NCBI GenBank assembly: GCA_035568355.1
Contig: DATMOD010000055.1
Location: forward strand, 9,898-41,897
Direction: 5' to 3'
DNA length: 32,000 bases
Origin: Patescibacteria group bacterium
Lineage (GTDB): Bacteria; Patescibacteriota; Saccharimonadia; Saccharimonadales; EFPC-124
The notes below the pieces were generated by a model that saw only the letters and a program-made list of their open reading frames with translations, did not search any database and was not told the origin of the DNA. This document shows, piece after piece, positions 8,678 to 16,178 of this stretch. The position numbers and the translations under genes are program-made. Every line of letters starts with the position of its first letter. Positions within the stretch are counted from its first letter, which is position 1.

Positions 8678-8683
8678 TACAAT
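8678..8683 (+). promoter_or_regulatory. -10 hexamer TACAAT 6 nt upstream of the manC-like ATG 8690
   Basis: The sequence reads TACAATagcgctATG, with no SD. Confidence 0.45.
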
Positions 8684-8689
8684 AGCGCT

Positions 8690-9748
8690 ATGAAGCAGGT
8701 CGCTATAATACTAGCCGGCGGCAAAGGTACGAGACTTTGGCCGTTATCTGACAGATTGCATCCGAAGCCTCTCATAGAAATCTTTAATAAAAGACCTATG
8801 TTCGAAGAGACGCTTCTTCGTGCAAAACTGTTCTCTGATGATATCTTTGTGCTAACTAACCAAAAGGTAGGCGATTTGGCGAGAAAATTGTTTTTAAAGT
8901 CGGGCATTGCTAGGGCCCAGGTCATTATTGAGCCATCTAAAGCGGATACTGGGGCTGCTATCCCTTACGCGATTGCGCATATACGCGCGCTCTTTGGCGA
9001 AGATACAACCATTACTCTTCTTCCGGTAGACCATCTTATCAAAAACTACGGCGCCTTTTATCGTGATATAAAATACGCAACCAAAATTGCAGCATCACAC
9101 TCGCAAGTCACTCTATTTGGTGTTACGCCGTCTTTTGCATCAACTGGCTATGGCTATATGAAGCTTGGTCCTGCTGTCGAGCATGAGGATCGTGATATGG
9201 TTTTTGTGGTCGACAATTTTCTAGAAAAGCCGGATGAAGAAAAAGCCAGCCAGTTTTTAAAAAGCGCAGATTACGTATGGAACAGTGGCATATATATTGG
9301 GACAATAGACGCTTTTGAAAACGTTTTTCGTAAAAATTCCCTAATCTTTAAATGGTATCTCTCACTCCAGACTAATAATGGCGGAACAACCTTGCCCCAT
9401 AATCTTCAAGATATTCAGTTTGAACGCGGGCTTATCGAACATATGGATTCGCTTCTTGCGGTTATAGCCACATTCGACTGGATGGATATCGGTACCTACA
9501 GTGGCCTGTACTCATCTTCGTCTCCAACGGATGATTCTGGGAACGCAGTCCAAGGCAACGCAAGGGCTCATGATTGCCACGATTGTCTTATTATGGGTAA
9601 TCATAAAAGGATTGTTGCACTTGGGCTAGATGATATTGCCATTATTGATGGGCCGGATGGTATTTTGGTGTGCAAAAAGTCAACCCATGCGCAGTTGGTG
9701 GGTAAGATTGCTGTAGGCGAGAGTCAGCCGGGTGATGACAGTGGATAA
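8690..9748 (+). CDS. manC: Mannose-1-phosphate guanylyltransferase-like nucleotidyltransferase (no C-terminal isomerase/cupin domain)
   Basis: The N-terminal ILAGGKGTRLWPLS motif with PKPLIE is typical of ManC/CpsB-type NTP transferases. The 352-aa length fits a transferase-only form. Confidence 0.75.
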   Translation: MKQVAIILAGGKGTRLWPLSDRLHPKPLIEIFNKRPMFEETLLRAKLFSDDIFVLTNQKVGDLARKLFLKSGIARAQVIIEPSKADTGAAIPYAIAHIRALFGEDTTITLLPVDHLIKNYGAFYRDIKYATKIAASHSQVTLFGVTPSFASTGYGYMKLGPAVEHEDRDMVFVVDNFLEKPDEEKASQFLKSADYVWNSGIYIGTIDAFENVFRKNSLIFKWYLSLQTNNGGTTLPHNLQDIQFERGLIEHMDSLLAVIATFDWMDIGTYSGLYSSSSPTDDSGNAVQGNARAHDCHDCLIMGNHKRIVALGLDDIAIIDGPDGILVCKKSTHAQLVGKIAVGESQPGDDSG

Positions 9749-9935
9749 ACAAGAAATTACCACTGCAACAACTTCAAATGATATTATCACACACAAACTG
9801 GAGGGCATGATTAATAAACTTAGTATCGTTGCTCTACCAAAAGACCAGGTACTTCAAAGCAGCCTATTGCAGCTATTAGTGCTACATAAAAAAATTGCGC
9901 AAGATTTACAAAAGATATCCAGTAATGCAAGTTGA
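9732..9935 (+). CDS. Small hypothetical protein (about 66 aa), start overlaps the manC stop
   Basis: ORF with GTG 9732 / ATG 9735 start overlapping the manC 3' end. No recognisable motif. Its position in a chain of overlapping ORFs suggests translational coupling. Confidence 0.35.
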   Translation: MMTVDKQEITTATTSNDIITHKLEGMINKLSIVALPKDQVLQSSLLQLLVLHKKIAQDLQKISSNAS

Positions 9936-10104
9936 AGATCTGTATGTAATCATTCGTGAGCTACGAAGGGTGGCCATACTCCAGGCAGGTCTAAAAGACG
10001 CCGTTAAGTCTGACCCGCTTCTTCATGACATATTTCTGCAGGTCGACCAAGCCAACAGCCAGTTAAAAGAATTGCTTAAATTGTATGAACAATACAGTAT
10101 TTAA
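9925..10104 (+). CDS. Small hypothetical helical protein (59 aa from ATG 9925)
   Basis: ATG 9925 overlaps the previous ORF's TGA (9933-9935). Its stop at 10104 lies 20 nt inside the GT2 ORF. The track gives a TTG start at 9895. No motif recognised. Confidence 0.35.
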   Translation: MQVEDLYVIIRELRRVAILQAGLKDAVKSDPLLHDIFLQVDQANSQLKELLKLYEQYSI

Positions 10105-11953
10105 ACTTAGCATCCTACTTGAGTCGGGCTTGCTAAAATCACACTATACGTCTGATATATTAGAAGGTTTTGGTCCAGCTGAATGGGTGCCGCGCCTCAT
10201 AGAAAAAGATCTGGTTAAGCACAAAGACCGCAACTTCTATAAAGCCCTAGCTAGACTTTATGGTCTTGAGTATGTGACACAAATCCAAACTCCGCTCAAT
10301 CCTAAAGAAGCCATTGCTTATCGGGTTCCTACACAAGTGCTTATTGAATCACAGCTTTACCCATTCGAGATTAACGGCAGACTTTTTATAGCATCGAGCA
10401 CTCCTTTTATTGAGAAAGCCTTGCTTGATAATGTACTGTCTTTTACCGGAAGAGCTGGATATAGAATTATACTTACAAGCCAGAACCAAGTTAGGAAAGC
10501 TCTCCAGACCTTATATTACATAGAATTCTCTGTTGTCGCTCAAAACAATCTGCGCTACTCCAAAAATGAGCTTTCAGCCAGCCCACCTGTTATCGCTTTA
10601 TCCGCGAAGATTGTCACTCTGTCAGGTTTTGCGATAATTATACTCGCATATATATTCCCTAATAGTCTTTTACTTGTGGTGTTCTTTATAATCAACCTGC
10701 TGTATCTATACCTTAATGCATTGAGATTTGCTACTTTTATCGTAGCGATAGTTCGCCCAGACAAAACTTCACTGATTGTCACAAAGCGTGAAGTAAGAGA
10801 GTTGTCTGATAGCTCTTTGCCTAGGTACACCATACTCGTGCCGTTACGTTTTGAGGCGGAGATAGCTGGGCGCTTAGTCAAGCGGCTTGTAGCACTTGAC
10901 TATCCCAAGAGTAAGCTGGAAGTCTTATTTCTTGTTGGTGTTGACGACGAACAAACAATCGCCACACTGCAAGAATATGGTGTTGATAGAGATGATCCTA
11001 CGGGCAGATATAACAATCTCAATCACATGACTATCGTAAAAGTTCCCAAAGTCCAGATTGATACAAAACCTTTAGTTTGTAATTACGGACTGCAATATGC
11101 AACGGGGAATTTTACAGTTATCTATGATGCTGAAGATAAGCCAGAAGTTGATCAGCTCAAAAAAGCCGTAGTTGGTTTTCAAGCCAGTGCCCTCAATACT
11201 ATTTGTCTACAGGGGAAGCTGAATTTTTATAATATCCACTGGAACGTACTTACTCGACTTTTCTCGCTTGAATATGGAATGTGGTATGGCTATTTTCTGC
11301 CAGGCCTTCAAGCTCTTGGTTCGCCGATTCCACTTGGTGGTACTAGTAACCATTTTGTTACCAATGCTCTAAGGAATGCTGGCGAATGGGATCCCTACAA
11401 CGTGACGGAGGACGCCGACCTTGGTATGCGTATTTACCGTAGTGGTCACCAGACTCGTATTTTAAACACATTTACCTATGAGGAAGCAACCTCAACGCTT
11501 GGAGCGTGGATTAAACAAAGATCTCGGTGGGAAAAAGGCTTTCTGGCAACATTAATTGTTCATGTCCAGCACCCAATTCAGCTATATCACGAACTTGGTG
11601 CCAAGAAGTTTATACTAGGTATTACAATATTTTTTGGTAATTTTTATATGCCGTTCATTAACCCGCTTTTATGGGTGCTGACAATTTTATGGCTCCTACA
11701 TATCTTCTCATTTGGTACCTTACCCACATATATATGGATTCCTGCGGTTGTAAATCTTGTTGTGGGCAATTCTATCCATATGATTATGCATTTTATGTCT
11801 GCAATACGATCCAAGCAATATACTCTCGCTCCGCTAGTACTTATAGTTCCTCTATATTGGATTCTAATTAGTATCGCGACTTACAGATCCTGCTGGGAGT
11901 TGCTTTTTCGCCCTTACCAATGGGTAAAGACTGCACATGGAGCCGACAGATAA
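10085..11953 (+). CDS. Processive family-2 glycosyltransferase (cellulose/chitin/hyaluronan-synthase-like) with an N-terminal T2SSE_N/MshEN-like domain
   Basis: GT2 signature series: ILVPLRFEAE, DYPKSKLEVLFLVGVDDE, VIYDAEDKP (DxD), TEDADLGMR (TED) and QRSRWEKG (QxxRW). TM helices flank the catalytic domain. The N-terminal ~150 aa (ALARLYGLEYVTQIQTPLNPKEAIAYRVPTQVLIESQLYPFEINGRLFIASSTPFIEKALLDNVLSFTGRAGYRIILTSQNQVRKAL) match the GspE/MshE N-terminal domain pattern as I remember it. Confidence 0.85.
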   Translation: MNNTVFKLSILLESGLLKSHYTSDILEGFGPAEWVPRLIEKDLVKHKDRNFYKALARLYGLEYVTQIQTPLNPKEAIAYRVPTQVLIESQLYPFEINGRLFIASSTPFIEKALLDNVLSFTGRAGYRIILTSQNQVRKALQTLYYIEFSVVAQNNLRYSKNELSASPPVIALSAKIVTLSGFAIIILAYIFPNSLLLVVFFIINLLYLYLNALRFATFIVAIVRPDKTSLIVTKREVRELSDSSLPRYTILVPLRFEAEIAGRLVKRLVALDYPKSKLEVLFLVGVDDEQTIATLQEYGVDRDDPTGRYNNLNHMTIVKVPKVQIDTKPLVCNYGLQYATGNFTVIYDAEDKPEVDQLKKAVVGFQASALNTICLQGKLNFYNIHWNVLTRLFSLEYGMWYGYFLPGLQALGSPIPLGGTSNHFVTNALRNAGEWDPYNVTEDADLGMRIYRSGHQTRILNTFTYEEATSTLGAWIKQRSRWEKGFLATLIVHVQHPIQLYHELGAKKFILGITIFFGNFYMPFINPLLWVLTILWLLHIFSFGTLPTYIWIPAVVNLVVGNSIHMIMHFMSAIRSKQYTLAPLVLIVPLYWILISIATYRSCWELLFRPYQWVKTAHGADR

Positions 11954-11984
11954 TAGACAAAAAGTCTTGTGATTTAAAGATAGG

Positions 11985-12347
11985 CTAACGCATAATGCTC
12001 ATTATTTTATCGACGATGTCTTTAACAGTAGAGTCACTTTTAATAAAGTAATCTTTTGCGCCCAGGTCAATCGCCCGTTTTATATCGTCTTGAGAGTCGA
12101 GGTTGCTCGATACTAGTATAGGAACTGTGATATTTGCATCCTTCAGCTTTTGCAAAAAACCGTAACCATCAAGATTCGGCATTACTAGATCAAGGATGAT
12201 GGCATCAGGCTTGGCTTTTGTAATTATGTCAAACGCTTCGTTGCCATCACGGGCTATTTCAATTTTAATATTTTTGTAGGAATTAAATCTCGCACGATAT
12301 ATGTCGTTTAAGAATTGATCGTCTTCAACAATAAGTATGTTCTTCAT
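11985..12347 (-). CDS. Single-domain response regulator (CheY-like receiver)
   Basis: ILIVEDD, phospho-acceptor context AIILDLVMPNLDG, PILVSS and KDYFIKS. No output domain. Confidence 0.9.
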   Translation of the reverse strand: MKNILIVEDDQFLNDIYRARFNSYKNIKIEIARDGNEAFDIITKAKPDAIILDLVMPNLDGYGFLQKLKDANITVPILVSSNLDSQDDIKRAIDLGAKDYFIKSDSTVKDIVDKIMSIMR

Positions 12348-12353
12348 GCAATA

Positions 12354-12359
12354 AGTATA
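12354..12359 (-). promoter_or_regulatory. -10 hexamer TATACT 6 nt upstream of the receiver gene ATG 12347
   Basis: The minus strand reads gcTATACTtattgcATG, with no SD. Confidence 0.4.
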
Positions 12360-12392
12360 GCATTATTAATTAAACAAAATCTTTAAGATTTT

Positions 12393-12400
12393 GATAAAAT
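12393..12400 (+). promoter_or_regulatory. Extended -10 (TGaTAAAAT) 6 nt upstream of ATG 12407
   Basis: The sequence reads ttTGaTAAAATgtaattATG, with no SD. Confidence 0.4.
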
Positions 12401-12406
12401 GTAATT

Positions 12407-12676
12407 ATGTTAAAGAAAGAAAAAGCTACTGGTTTTATGCATAAAATGCCAGCAGATTTACGAAAAGCTTTGATGTCTGATGAATCCGTGCGAGAGCGAT
12501 GGGAGGATATCACGCCGCTGGCCCGTAACGAGTGGATCTGCTGGACTATCTCCACTAAAAAACCAGAGACAAGAATAAATCATATAGAAAGAGTGTGCAG
12601 CGAACTGCTAGCCGGAAAGCGGCGGCCGTGCTGTTGGGTTGGCTGCATTCATCGGTTGAATAAAAACGCGAATTAA
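12407..12676 (+). CDS. YdeI/OmpD-associated family protein
   Basis: DLRKAL...WEDITPLARNEWICWTISTKKPETRINHIERVCSELLAGKRRPCCW is the pattern I associate with the YdeI/OmpD-associated (PF13376-like) family. Confidence 0.65.
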   Translation: MLKKEKATGFMHKMPADLRKALMSDESVRERWEDITPLARNEWICWTISTKKPETRINHIERVCSELLAGKRRPCCWVGCIHRLNKNAN

Positions 12677-12700
12677 GAATAATTCGGCGCTTTTTATTGC

Positions 12701-12706
12701 TATTAT
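12701..12706 (+). promoter_or_regulatory. -10 hexamer TATTAT 6 nt upstream of ATG 12713
   Basis: The sequence reads TATTATtgactcATG, with no SD. Confidence 0.4.
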
Positions 12707-12712
12707 TGACTC

Positions 12713-13396
12713 ATGGCCTACCAATACTCTTACAAATCTAATCGCAAGCAGGAGCTTAATAAGCTTAGACAGGGGCAAGACTTCACAATTTGGCAAAAAC
12801 AAGGTCTGAATTTACAGAAGGAAGTTTCAAACCTTACCAAACCAATCGTCGAGATTGGTGGCCCATCAGATCTTGGATTTTACTTTTTGGATGGAATTGA
12901 GCTGAACAGTGACCCAATAATCACTAATATTTCAGATGATCCGTTGCCTTATAGCCCCGATGCAAAAGAGTTAACGACAAGGGTTGATAAGCTGATGGAT
13001 GCTCGCAGTATGGATTATGATAATGATTCGATTGGGATATTTCTGATGTCCTATATGAGCGTAACCGATGATTGGCATGTGAGACTTGAAGGGGAAGAAC
13101 GAGAAGAGCATTCCAAGCAGATAGAAAAAGAGTTTGACATATCTAAGCTTGAGGCAGATCAAGTCGCCATTGGCACACTTGCCCCAGAGAAAGCTAAGTT
13201 TGCCCAGCGGGTTCAGATATATCTAGAGGTAAGAAGAGCGCTATGCGACGGCGGTTTATTCTTCTCTGACGGTACTCTGGCAGAAGTATTAATTCTCCAA
13301 AGAATGGGCTTCGAGCTACTCGCATATAATCAAGAAAGCATACGAGCTAACGAGGGCTGGTCTGGTATATATTACGAGTTTGTTATGCGGGAGTAG
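12713..13396 (+). CDS. Hypothetical protein (possibly a degenerate class I SAM-methyltransferase-like fold)
   Basis: A 227-aa ORF with no competing ORF. Weak resemblance to MTase motif I (VEIGGPS) and later motifs (DNDSIGIFLMSY, LCDGGLFF). Function not established. Confidence 0.5.
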   Translation: MAYQYSYKSNRKQELNKLRQGQDFTIWQKQGLNLQKEVSNLTKPIVEIGGPSDLGFYFLDGIELNSDPIITNISDDPLPYSPDAKELTTRVDKLMDARSMDYDNDSIGIFLMSYMSVTDDWHVRLEGEEREEHSKQIEKEFDISKLEADQVAIGTLAPEKAKFAQRVQIYLEVRRALCDGGLFFSDGTLAEVLILQRMGFELLAYNQESIRANEGWSGIYYEFVMRE

Positions 13397-13397
13397 T

Positions 13398-14267
13398 TTA
13401 TATTTTCTGCGCCTGTTCGTCTTCAATGTAGTTTTTAAGGCTGGCTCGCCAATCTGGCAGCGCCAAGTTGAGTTCTTTTTTGATCTTGGTGAGGTCAAGC
13501 GTACTTTGTAAAGGGCGCGGCGCAGCAGTCGGCTTGGATTTAAAGTACTCGGCAGTCGTGGTATCGGTAACAGATAGATCGTCGCGGCCGAGATTAGCAA
13601 AAATAGCCCTGGTTATCTCTGCCCACGAGGCTGGCTGGCCATCGCCAGAGAGATTATATGTGCCGTAGGGGGCTTTAGCTTGGAGCAGCTTGTCGATACC
13701 GCTGACCAAAGTTTCGGTAAAGGTCAATCGACCAATTTGGTCTGCAACTACGGTTGGCGAAATATTTTTGGCTGCCAAACCTATCATTGTTCGTACAAAG
13801 TTTGGTCCGTCACCAATCAACCAGCTGACACGCAAGATATAGTGTTTAGTAGTCATAGCAGCTGCTATATCGCCAGCAGCTTTGGTCTGAGCATAGACGC
13901 CGAGCGGCGCAAAAGGCTCATCTTCGGTATGTGGTGTTTTGGTACCGTCAAAAACATAATCGCTAGAGATATGGACTAGAGTTAGATCATGTTGGCTGGC
14001 GATCTTTGATAGATAGCTGACTGCCTGGGCGTTAACCTGCCAAGCTGCTATTCGGCCCTCTGATGTTTCAGCTCCATCGACGTTAGCATAGACGGCAGCG
14101 TTTAAAATAACATCAATATTTGACCAGTCAAAAGCCTGCAGTGAATCTAAATTGGTTATATCGAGCTTGTTACGATCAACGGCTTTGGCTTTGGGGAAGC
14201 GGCCCTGTAAGGCTTTGCCGAGCTGGCCGTTGGCGCCAATAATAAGAAAACGCGAGCTGTCCATCAA
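13398..14267 (-). CDS. rfbD: dTDP-4-dehydrorhamnose reductase
   Basis: FLIIGANGQLGKAL Rossmann motif, SSDYVFDG and YAQTKAAGD (YxxxK). The length and order match RmlD. Confidence 0.9.
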   Translation of the reverse strand: MMDSSRFLIIGANGQLGKALQGRFPKAKAVDRNKLDITNLDSLQAFDWSNIDVILNAAVYANVDGAETSEGRIAAWQVNAQAVSYLSKIASQHDLTLVHISSDYVFDGTKTPHTEDEPFAPLGVYAQTKAAGDIAAAMTTKHYILRVSWLIGDGPNFVRTMIGLAAKNISPTVVADQIGRLTFTETLVSGIDKLLQAKAPYGTYNLSGDGQPASWAEITRAIFANLGRDDLSVTDTTTAEYFKSKPTAAPRPLQSTLDLTKIKKELNLALPDWRASLKNYIEDEQAQKI

Positions 14268-14834
14268 TTAACCTTCCATCGGTTTGATGTCTTGCAGCAT
14301 TGGATGGTTTCGGTCTCGATCTGACAATATGGCTTGATCAAGTGGGATTGGCCATTCAACCTTGAGTTGTGGATCGGCCAGGTTAAAGAAGGTGGCTGTG
14401 GAGTAAGCCTCTTCACTCCAATGCTGATTTACGCTGTAGAGATAGTAGACATCATCAGTTACGCACTGGTATGAATTACCGACGCCTTTTGGCAGATAGA
14501 CCGCTGTAGTAGGTGTAATTTCTAGAGTAACGACCTTGCCAAAGTTGCCATCCTTGCGGGCATCAACAAAGGCCACGAATACTTTGCCTGTGACAACCGA
14601 AATATACTTGTCCCATGGCTCGGCATGAAAGCCCCTGGTAACGGCTTTTTTATTGAAAGCCAAGCTGTTTTGGATAACGTTAAAATCTTCGGGTAGTCCA
14701 GCCTGTACTAGTTTGGCTTTGTGGAATTTTTCTTGAAACCATCCACGCTCATCACCGACGGTTGTTACGTCGAATACAATCAAACCTGGTATGTCAGTTG
14801 TGTGACCGGTTACTTGTGTTGTCGGAACTGCCAT
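14268..14834 (-). CDS. rfbC: dTDP-4-dehydrorhamnose 3,5-epimerase-like (cupin)
   Basis: ERGWFQEKF and RGFHAEPWDKYISVVTGKVFVAFVDAR match RmlC-type motifs. I prefer ATG 14834 (MAVPTT) over the track start 14897, because AGGAGG lies 4 nt upstream (taaggcAGGAGGcagtATG). Confidence 0.85.
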   Translation of the reverse strand: MAVPTTQVTGHTTDIPGLIVFDVTTVGDERGWFQEKFHKAKLVQAGLPEDFNVIQNSLAFNKKAVTRGFHAEPWDKYISVVTGKVFVAFVDARKDGNFGKVVTLEITPTTAVYLPKGVGNSYQCVTDDVYYLYSVNQHWSEEAYSTATFFNLADPQLKVEWPIPLDQAILSDRDRNHPMLQDIKPMEG

Positions 14835-14914
14835 ACTGCCTCCTGCCTTATCATCCACTGTTACGTTGATAGTAATGATTCCTGATTCACAAGTCAAACC
14901 AACGATCTTAGGCC

Positions 14915-15514
14915 TTATTCGGCAGCTTGAGCGTACAGGTTGTGCTCAATAATATAGTCCAAAACTGTTGGCTGTATCCGCGACGTGTCGGCAGTGCCGT
15001 TTCGAATTTGAGAAGAAGCTATGTCGGCGTCGAGAGTGTTTACGAGCGTGTAATTGATGGTGACGTCGTACTCTTGCACTAGCTTATCCATAATGGCGGC
15101 TATTTCACTAGGATCATCTCTAGCTCTCATGCCAATAGCCAGAGAGGCTGTATTAAATAGCCGGCCCAGATTATCCCATCGATATAGAAGAGTTCGAGCT
15201 AAGTCGGAGCCCATCAAGAAAGTGAAGTGAGTGTTAGCATATATGTCACATAGCTCGGGCAGGGTGTCTTTGATAGTAAATCGTTCTGACACGAGATCTA
15301 AAACACGTAATCCTGCAGTGGTTTCCGTTGCCCGTTCTATTAGAGCGAGTCTGTGCACAACATCAGTTACGTTATGTTTGCTTCGCGGGCTACGTTCGGG
15401 CAAGAATACAACTTCGTCTAAGTTGCATATCCGCATAGTTTCTTTGGCGAAAGTTATATGACCCTGGTGGACCGGGTCAAATGTGCCTGAAAATATGCCT
15501 ACGCGTCGCGCCAT
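14915..15514 (-). CDS. nadD: Nicotinate-nucleotide adenylyltransferase
   Basis: GIFSGTFDPVHQGHI (GxFxPxHxGH) near the N-terminus, and a C-terminal ISSSQIR-like ASSQIR. Confidence 0.9.
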   Translation of the reverse strand: MARRVGIFSGTFDPVHQGHITFAKETMRICNLDEVVFLPERSPRSKHNVTDVVHRLALIERATETTAGLRVLDLVSERFTIKDTLPELCDIYANTHFTFLMGSDLARTLLYRWDNLGRLFNTASLAIGMRARDDPSEIAAIMDKLVQEYDVTINYTLVNTLDADIASSQIRNGTADTSRIQPTVLDYIIEHNLYAQAAE

Positions 15515-15521
15515 ACGATTT

Positions 15522-15527
15522 ATTATA
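15522..15527 (-). promoter_or_regulatory. -10 hexamer TATAAT 7 nt upstream of the nadD ATG 15514
   Basis: The minus strand reads cTATAATaaatcgtATG, with no SD. Confidence 0.45.
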
Positions 15528-15581
15528 GGGGATCACCTGACACGCGCGTCGGGTGAATCATCATATCTGGGTCTAATCTGT

Positions 15582-15587
15582 TATTAT
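15582..15587 (+). promoter_or_regulatory. -10-like hexamer TATTAT 6 nt upstream of the candidate GTG 15594 start of tsaC
   Basis: The sequence reads tTATTATatctgtGTG, divergent from the nadD promoter. Confidence 0.35.
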
Positions 15588-15593
15588 ATCTGT

Positions 15594-16178
15594 GTGCAAA
15601 AAAATATAACTGTACCTGTTTTTGATAATCTGGCTGAGCCTGAGCTAGTGAATATATTATTGGCTGGTGGCATTGGCGTATTGCTCACTGATACCATTTA
15701 CGGCTTGGTGGGGAGTGCTAGAATTCCTGATGCTTCTACCAAGGTCATGGACGTGAAAGGCCGTAAAGATAAACCAGGGACGCTGATAGCGGCTAACATA
15801 CAACAGCTTATAGATTCGGGCATACAGCGAGAGTACGTTAAGGCCGCCGAACAATTCTGGCCAGGCCCAGTTACAGTTGTTTTGCCCATAAAACCGGGGC
15901 TTGAATATCTTGATCTCGGCTTACATTCACTAGCAGTCAGAGTGCCAGATAACCCAGAGATTGTGACACTATTAAAAGAGGTTGGTCCACTGCTGACCAC
16001 CAGTGCCAATCGCCCCAACGAACCCACGGTCAAGAGCATAGAAGAAGCCCAAGAGATCTTTGGTAATCGTCTAGATTTCTATGTAAATGGTGGGCGTATT
16101 GAATCGCCGCTAGCTTCTACTATAATTCGCATTAAGATTGAATTGTTGCGCCAGGGCGCAGCGACTATTAACTGCTGA
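15594..16178 (+). CDS. tsaC: L-threonylcarbamoyladenylate synthase (YrdC/Sua5 family)
   Basis: LLTDTIYGLVG, KGRKDKPGTLIAA, GPVTVVLP, LAVRVPDNP and LLTTSANRPNEP. The track start 15483 would overlap the divergent nadD start by 32 nt. GTG 15594 places about 30 aa before the TDTIYG motif, as in characterised TsaC. The start remains uncertain. Confidence 0.8.
   Translation: MQKNITVPVFDNLAEPELVNILLAGGIGVLLTDTIYGLVGSARIPDASTKVMDVKGRKDKPGTLIAANIQQLIDSGIQREYVKAAEQFWPGPVTVVLPIKPGLEYLDLGLHSLAVRVPDNPEIVTLLKEVGPLLTTSANRPNEPTVKSIEEAQEIFGNRLDFYVNGGRIESPLASTIIRIKIELLRQGAATINC

Noticed and set aside
8690-9748. Calling this nucleotidyltransferase rfbA (glucose-1-phosphate thymidylyltransferase) to complete the rfbBCD set.
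   Set aside because: The GGKGTRLWPLS…PKP motif and the 352-aa length fit ManC/CpsB-type guanylyltransferases better than RmlA. No rfbA is visible in this window.
10085-10180. Claiming the GT2 N-domain is a bona fide c-di-GMP receptor.
   Set aside because: The published MshEN motif (RLGxx[LVI][LVI]xxG[LVI][LVI]xxxxLxxxLxxQ) is only partially matched (KLSILLESGLLKSHYTSDILEG, one residue short, downstream Leu/Gln positions not conserved). Only the fold-level similarity is asserted.
12668-12695. Possible intrinsic terminator after the ydeI-like gene (CGAATT-AAGAAT-AATTCG followed by GCGCTTTTT).
   Set aside because: The stem is only 6 bp and AT-rich, and 4 nt separate it from the T-run. That is too weak to call.
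15483-15593. Long N-terminal extension of tsaC from the track start (MPENMPTRRAIRF…).
   Set aside because: It would overlap the divergent nadD start and its promoter by 32 nt and would add ~37 aa with no YrdC similarity. GTG 15594, preceded by a -10-like hexamer, fits better. The exact start remains uncertain.
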